DNA of 64,000 bases from the human T2T-CHM13v2.0 reference genome, Homo sapiens: assembly GCF_009914755.1 (NCBI RefSeq), contig NC_060940.1, one strand, 5' to 3'. The notes under the pieces were generated by a model. That model was not told where the DNA came from, searched no databases, and saw nothing but the letters and a program-made list of their open reading frames with translations. Shown in pieces: positions 57,246 through 64,000 of the stretch (the stretch's first letter is position 1; each line of letters begins with the position of its first letter). A program made the position numbers and the translations under genes.

Positions 57246-57739
57246 GAGACCAAGGAGGTGGCACAGAAGCACAACTGAAAATGTCCAAGGTATACTCTTC
57301 CCAAGAAGCACAGAAGTTGGAGGAATGCAAGCCTCTCAGATGCCTTCTGTGGCCCCCCTCAGCACACTGTGAGGGGAAATCACATTATTTCAGGGTGAGC
57401 TTCATCAGAAGTACATGGGGACAATAGTCATATGAGGTGGTCACATCTAGGAGTGTGGAATGAGCTCTATTTTGCCCGACCTTAGTTTAAACACAGTCCC
57501 CTAGTAGACTCCTCTCCAGAGCAAGGACTAGAAGGCCAGACCACCAATCTTTTGTAGTAACCTTGGAAAGAAGACTTTTATGATGTGGTTGACATCTCCT
57601 CCAAATGTTTCAGTTCTCATGAACGCTCTGGAATAACTGCAGTTCAGTGATTCTGACATCCTACCTTAGATAACAGATATATGGATGTAGACAGATGTAG
57701 ACAAAAAGAGATGCAATGATAAATCCTTGTTTATTCATT

Positions 57740-57990
57740 ACCATTTATTTATTGACCAGCTACTATGTGCCAGACACTCCATTAAGCCTTTAACATAAAT
57801 TATCCTATTTAATCCCCTAAAACAGCTCAGCATGGGAGGTATAAATAGCCCACTTTTACAGGTGGAGAATTGGGACTTAGAAAAAAAGATACAACTTACT
57901 CACATCTGTACAACTATTAACTGGTGGAGTTAATATTTACACCTGGCCTGGCCTCAAAGCGTTTTCTTCTTTCTACCATCCCATGCTGCC
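57740..57990 (-). mobile_element. MIR SINE fragment
   Basis: 'tttattgaccagctactatgtgccagacact...cccacttttacaggtggagaattggg'. Confidence 0.7.
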
Positions 57991-58122
57991 TTGAATTGGG
58001 TTATGAAGATTGTTCTTTCTGTCAGTGGATTCTGGCTGACTTCAATGGAAGGTTTTTTTGAACACAAACTTTATCTGAGCAGTCCCCATGACTTATTTTT
58101 CCTCTTAAGTAAATAGTATAGA

Positions 58123-58337
58123 GCAGGGGTTGATATGTTTTTTATTAAAGGGTCAGATAGTCAATACTTGGGGCTTTGTGGTCGTGTGGTATCTGTTGCA
58201 ACTGCTCAAGTCAGGTTGTAGCAGGAAAGTAGCTTTGGACAATATGCAAATGAATGGGTGGGGCTGTGTTCCAATACAACTTGCTTTACAAAAACAGGTT
58301 GGATTTGGTCCTTGAGGCATCGTTTGTGGACCCCTGA
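58123..58337. mobile_element. MER58A-like hAT DNA transposon
   Basis: Terminal inverted repeats caggggt / acccctg; 'aagggtcagatagtcaatacttggggctttgtgg'. Confidence 0.75.
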
Positions 58338-60078
58338 TGTCAAGGCTGAAAGAATGGCTTTAGGATCTAGGCCGACTGCATTCAAATATTCTACCACATA
58401 CTGGACATGCAAATTTCAAGTTATTTAACCTCACTATGTAAAATTGGGATAATAGATTATAGGGTTGTAGTGAGAATTAAATAACTGAACTTTTTTTTTT
58501 TTAGAAATTCACAAATAAAAAGTATTATTGTGTGTCCACGTCTACTTCAAAATTCTTTAATTAAAACCAAGATTGACTTATGGCAGACACCAGTCAAGGC
58601 AAGCCAGCTGACTTTAAGATCTCCAAAGAAAGAGCATAATGTTTTGGGTAAGATCAGATAAATTCTCTGAACATACTCTTTATGTGTTCACCCAGCACAT
58701 ATTTACTGAGCACCTACTATGTGCTAGACACACAGCAAGGCTAGAAGGTGTTAATGCCCTGCTGTGCTCTATGCTAATGTTTGAGCTTAGGGGAACACTT
58801 ATTTTGGTTATCAATGAAAAAGAAAAGAACTTTCAAACAAAACAATTGTTATAATTTAGTGCTGTAGTATTTCAAAACCAATCCACTAAGCAGTGACCCT
58901 GAGGTCGGTAAGTACAATTCACATCTGGATTTGACTCCAATTGAGTTTAGTCATTACAGTTTAACCACCAGGGTATTAATTGAAGCACTAGAAAATATCT
59001 CTGATCAGTTTCATTATCTAATGGCATTTGGGTTTTCTAACGCATCTTAATAAGGGCTGCTGCATATGCATAGACTAGCCTGGATTTTATGTGGAACAGT
59101 TTACTTTGATTAAAAAAAAACCAAAAACTAGTCACATTATTCTTAGGCTTACAAGTACGCTTATTTTTCTTATTAACTTTTCAAAATAATGTCTGGATTT
59201 CATTTAAAGCCATTAGTACTTTTTGTTTATTAAATTAATTGCCATAAAAATTCTCTCCTGTTTTGATTTCCATATCGGAATTGAGTTCCCTAATATTACT
59301 GAGTACAAGAGATATATTCTTTCAAGTGTTAAATAATCTCTCAAAAAGGAGTAGCTTTATGCTAGACATAAGATCTCATTTTCTTTAACCTGACTTATTT
59401 TGAGAATTAAGTGTACCATTTGCTGATTAAATTACTCAGTACTGACACTAAAACTTTCTGTTTAAAACCTGATTTGAAAAAAAATTCATTTGAAATGTTA
59501 GTGTACATTGTTCTCTCAGAGTATGGGAATGCAGCTATTCCATGCTTGATACATGATCTGGATTCTGCAAGGTTTTGTTTCTGTTTGAAAGTCTACTGAA
59601 AGCATATTTTAAAATAAAAATATTTTACCTGCAATCATATCAGTTTATTAACTACTGACTGGGTTTAAGTCAAATTTGGGGATGGAGGGGGGAATGAAAC
59701 AAGAAATAACAGAGTCCTAACCTAATAGAAAGGGATTGTAAAAAGACCACTTTTCTCGAAGTTGGCGCTTGTTCAAGCTACATATGGTCACATAATCTTT
59801 TAAAAAGCACAATTCAAGTCTCAATTTAATTATGTAATAGCGTAAATGGAATTACACTACTGATGAAGTTTAGTGCTTCAGCTCAAGCACACACCCACTG
59901 GGTTGGCAGAGTGACTGTGACTCAGTTCACTCGGCCATCATAGCAGCCCAGGATGCCTGCCCTGCTCAATTTCCTTGAACTAAATCGCAGTGGCTGGGCT
60001 GGATGGGCTCCTCCACACTGATGGATCATCAATGCAAGGTTAGTAACTGTTTTACAGGAATACATTATGTGCTCTGTC

Positions 60079-60180
60079 TCTCTTCTTCACATTGTTTTGG
60101 GTAACAGGGATCAGCTCATGGAAACCCTTTCTCTTCTTCACATTGTTTTGGGTAACAGGGATCAGCTCATGGAAACCCTT
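60079..60180. repeat. Perfect 51-bp tandem duplication
   Basis: 'tctcttcttcacattgttttgggtaacagggatcagctcatggaaaccctt' twice. Confidence 0.97.
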
Positions 60181-61646
60181 TGGATCTTGTAGAAGAGATC
60201 CAGGGTGGATGGAGACTGGGTGAACTTCCTAACATTCTAGTCTTCCTGGGTGATGTAATTCTCTCATATCTATCTTGCAGCTTCCACGTGGCTAATCATC
60301 TGCAGGAACCCAAATGACCTTTAGATCAGGCCTCCTTCCTTCTATAGATGAAGCAACTAAAAATACAGATGAATACCTTTGGCCTGGGAAGCTAGGAAAA
60401 AGGAGTCGGAGCCTGGCTCTTTTGATTCCAGTCCCGATCATTGGGTTAACAGCGCCCGCCACTGTGCAGATGGCCAAGCTGGACCCCCTCCTTCTAGGGT
60501 AAAGTCAGCACATGCTTCCATCATGGCACATGCCACAGTAGACTTGGAGTTCTTCAAGGAATTGTATTTTATTCCCTCTGTACTCTCAACACCTAGAACA
60601 GGGCCTATCACCTATTTATAAATGAAACTATGACGTGAGAACAGTTTCTATACACGGACATCGAGGATCTTGAAGGCTTATGAATATTAGCTCAGAAAGA
60701 CTTGTTTCTCAGATGAGAAAATAGAGATTCAACAAAATTAGATTATTTGTCCAGGGTCTCATGACCAATAAGTGGCAAAAGGGGATGTGGACCCAAGTTT
60801 GTCTCCAAAACCCAACCTCTTTGTATCATATCCAGAAATAATGTAAGATGGAGAGAATGGTAAGTTCTTGCAGGAATCATATTTGAGATTTGGAGAAGGG
60901 GTCACCATTGGCCAGGAAAATGCCTTGGCACAGCTACCTTTCAAGGATCTTAAATAACAGCTGAGCCCAAGAGCTTTCTCCCCTGCTGATTTTCCCATGG
61001 GAGTTGGCCCATAGCCCTACCTTTCTGCTATTAGACCTGAAAGCCACAACAGATTAGTCTCGGGAATTTCAGCAAAGGAAGAGAACATGGTGGCTTGGAT
61101 AAGCAGCGAGCTTGCCAAAGTACTTTCAATAAGCCCCAAAGAGCTGTGCTAATGCAGGGCAGGCCACAGCTCATGAGCCACTTAGCAAATTGAGCTTCAG
61201 CCTTTCAGTGGTGGGGAAAGCCAACCATGGTTTCTGCAGAGAGCTCCCTGACAGAAAGCCACTTACTTGTTGGTAGCACTGATGTCCCCTACTTCCCAGC
61301 CTATCTTATTCTCTCTTCTCAAAATCACAGACTGCCCCTGAAAGTTGTGAAGCCAGTGTTTGATCACTCAGCCCCATTCTTGCTAAGTAGGTACTTATCA
61401 CTCATTACACAACACCAACGTAACATTGTCTATGAAAAAACTAGATTTGTGGTGATATTTCTGGCCTTTGAGACTGACATCCTAAGACAGATGTTTTCTC
61501 ACACTTGATAATTTGCTCCTATCAGACCTAAAACTTCTGGTCCAAATGAACCAGGGTAACGTACAGAGTAACTCTTTTTGTGTTTCATACTCTGTAACCT
61601 TAATTTTTTTTTTAACCCCTATGATTGTATTCACTTTCTGACTCTC

Positions 61647-61648
<2 letters not shown>

Positions 61649-61683
<35 letters not shown>
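61649..61683. repeat. Poly(A) run, ~35 nt
   Basis: Visible directly; no SINE body recognised next to it. Confidence 0.9.
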
Positions 61684-61686
<3 letters not shown>

Positions 61687-63114
61687 TCCTAGGAATTAAA
61701 GATCTTCTCTTTTTTATTTTAAATAAGATAATAAGAGGTAATAACTCACTTCTCTTTTTGCTTGGATTGCCAGGAAGCTCAGAGCCAAAATTTGTTTTTA
61801 GTTGCAAACATTTTCCCTTGGATTAGCTCAAACCGCCATAATCATTACCCATCACCCTTGTATGTCTCAGCTTTGGTTTTTTTATGTTCTTTTACGTTTC
61901 TGTCCTTTTGGTCAGGGGCGGGGTTAAGCTACCTTCATTCCTTTTTTGCAAGGCAGAGGGGTATAAATAATTGAATCATTCTTAACCTCAATACACACTG
62001 CAGATAAACATAGCCTTTCAAAAATGATCCTTCTCTTCACTCTGCCAGTCTCAAATTCCCACCGGCGCATACTTCATCTGCGCAGAGAAGCTCTGGCTGT
62101 TTCTGTACCTTCTATTTGGCCTGCAGCCTAGACCGCAGACACAGAAGCTGAGTTAGGGCCCCCTCCCTAAGTGCTAAGGAGGATCAATGTTATTGCCACT
62201 GGCAGCTCCCTGGCCCCTGCCGAAGCCTCCTTCCAACAGGTTATAGGCTCAAGATATTTTGATGGTTGTTATCACTTATTATGGTTGACATATAACCATC
62301 TGAGGATAGCATCTATTTTAATGTCTGAATTATTTTTTTCTAAAATTAATGGGCCACATCCTAAAACTCTCCCTGTTACAAAAGACAATTTGATTAATCA
62401 CAAATAAAACCCCTCTGAGCATAAACGAATAAGGTTTGAGCCACTTCAAGTTATTTTTGCTCTCTGATAGAACCATTATCACATTTACAGCTTTTACAAT
62501 GCCGAACCACATTCCTTTGATCATCTTATAAAATTAATTGATCTTGCTTATCTATTGTTCTATTTTAAATCATTTAATTGAGGATATTAAGAGAAGTAAT
62601 GGTAACAACGAAAGCATTTATTAGTCACTGATGTTTAAACTTGCAGTGTGATTTCCATCATCTAAATTTCTCTATCACCAAACTCTATTCTTGTGGGAAT
62701 TTACATATAGAGCACCTCCAGCCACAAATAATTTGCTATTGCTTAACGTCCTGAAGGACAGCCATACACTGTGGCAAATCACCGCAGTTATACTTAATTT
62801 TAATTATTCTTTTAAATCAGATAGATACCCTGCAGTGAAATTCTTATAATTAAATAGAAATTAAAAGTTTCTAAAAGCCTTAACTTCAAATTTAAATGCA
62901 AATGAATGCACCGGAATCAAAAAGATCCCCCTCTCCCCCACTCCAAAATTACAAGGGATTGTCTAAGACCTTAGACCAATCATGAAACTTTATTTTGGCA
63001 CCAAAGAGATCCTTGGGGCCTAAATTTATTCCATTTTGCAACACCTGGCCAGTGCCACCTGCTAGATAACTCTGGAAGACCCTGTTTTTCCAAGTGACAG
63101 GTGTTTAAGATAAT

Positions 63115-63545
63115 TATTTTGGTTTGGGTTCCCCTAGAAGTAGGCACCAAGATGAGGATTCATGTGCAGATTGTAGGGAAGTGGCCCCAGAAAACAGGAT
63201 GGTAAATGGAGGAGTAAAACAGGGAAAGGAAAGTAGCCAATAAAGAGTGTTATCAAGCAAATCAAACTGGGGCTCAGCACTGGTGGGGAACACTGGGAGC
63301 AAGTATAGAATGCATACACTTCTTGGAACTGTCCTGTCCAAGAGGGGAGGGAGCTGGGGTATTTGTCCACCAACTTTCATCATTCATGAATGTGGGCTGC
63401 TTCCAAAGAGCATCATTTCCCTGCATGTGAGCCCAGCCAGTGCTGCAGCCTGAGAAAGACCCCAGGCAAAGGGATGCAGGAGCTTAGACTTCCTGAAGGC
63501 CCTGAAGTGACAAGGCCTGAGGGGCACCAACAGTGTCTGCTACAA
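63115..63545. mobile_element. Old ERVL/MaLR-type LTR
   Basis: 'tttgggttcccctagaag...gatgaggattcatgtgcagattgtagggaagtggccccag' ... 'caacagtgtctgctaca'. Confidence 0.5.
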
Positions 63546-64000
63546 AAATCTAGCCTAGATGTTTCAGACTAGCAGCTCACTGCCTGAATGCAGCATGTGG
63601 GTGTGTTTTATTTAACCCATGCAAAGTTTACTTTAAAAAAAATGGGAAAGTTTTGCCTAAGAATTGGGATTTCTGCATCCTCTTGAAAAATTTGACCTAA
63701 CCAATCTAAGGTAGGAATGGGGTCTTTAAATCAAACCAACTAGCAAATATTTGGTGAGTAAGTTGTATGTGCCAAGTATTTTATTTACCTTGTAGTAAGT
63801 ACAAAAGACCCTAAGATTAGGTCCTTTTCTTCCAGAAAGTGGCAGACCCTTTGTGGCAACAAAATTGTATCAAGGTCTTACCTGCAGCTCAGAGGGAGGA
63901 TCGGATCCCAGAATTCTAGATAACTGTATGAAGCTTCATTCTCCATCTGCTCCCAAGACAAATCTGCCCTCCACATCTACCGACAGTCCGGCCCTGGTGA

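Noticed and set aside
60281-60498. Possible plus-strand exon (ttgcag|...TAGG|gtaaag) with short ORFs
   Set aside because: Weak donor, no recognisable protein, no compatible partner exon found.

Overview
Primate (human/ape-like) non-coding DNA, rich in repeats: about 17 Alus including one near-consensus AluY, a full-length L1PA7-type LINE-1, older L1M/L2/MIR relics, solo LTRs (LTR27/28-like, MSTB, THE1, MLT1), hAT MER elements and microsatellites. No host gene is recognised, and almost all ORF-track entries are repeat-derived noise. The standout is the L1 at 9385-17191 (16-bp TSD). At one point in ORF2, about 25 bp are replaced by a 42-bp patch copied from further down the same element plus a ~1.35-kb inverted duplicate of its own ORF1-end/endonuclease region. 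This leaves a ~98%-identical palindrome with a ~230-bp loop directly behind a still-open 305-aa ORF1. Four smaller fold-back or templated-copy scars occur elsewhere (25965, 28287 vs 31141, 53656, 55150), plus a perfect 51-bp tandem duplication (60079). Three phase-compatible minus-strand exon candidates (45146-45318, 24824-24969, 6860-6997) could form an unidentified spliced transcript. All alignments and counts were done by eye, and subfamily names come from recalled consensus sequences.
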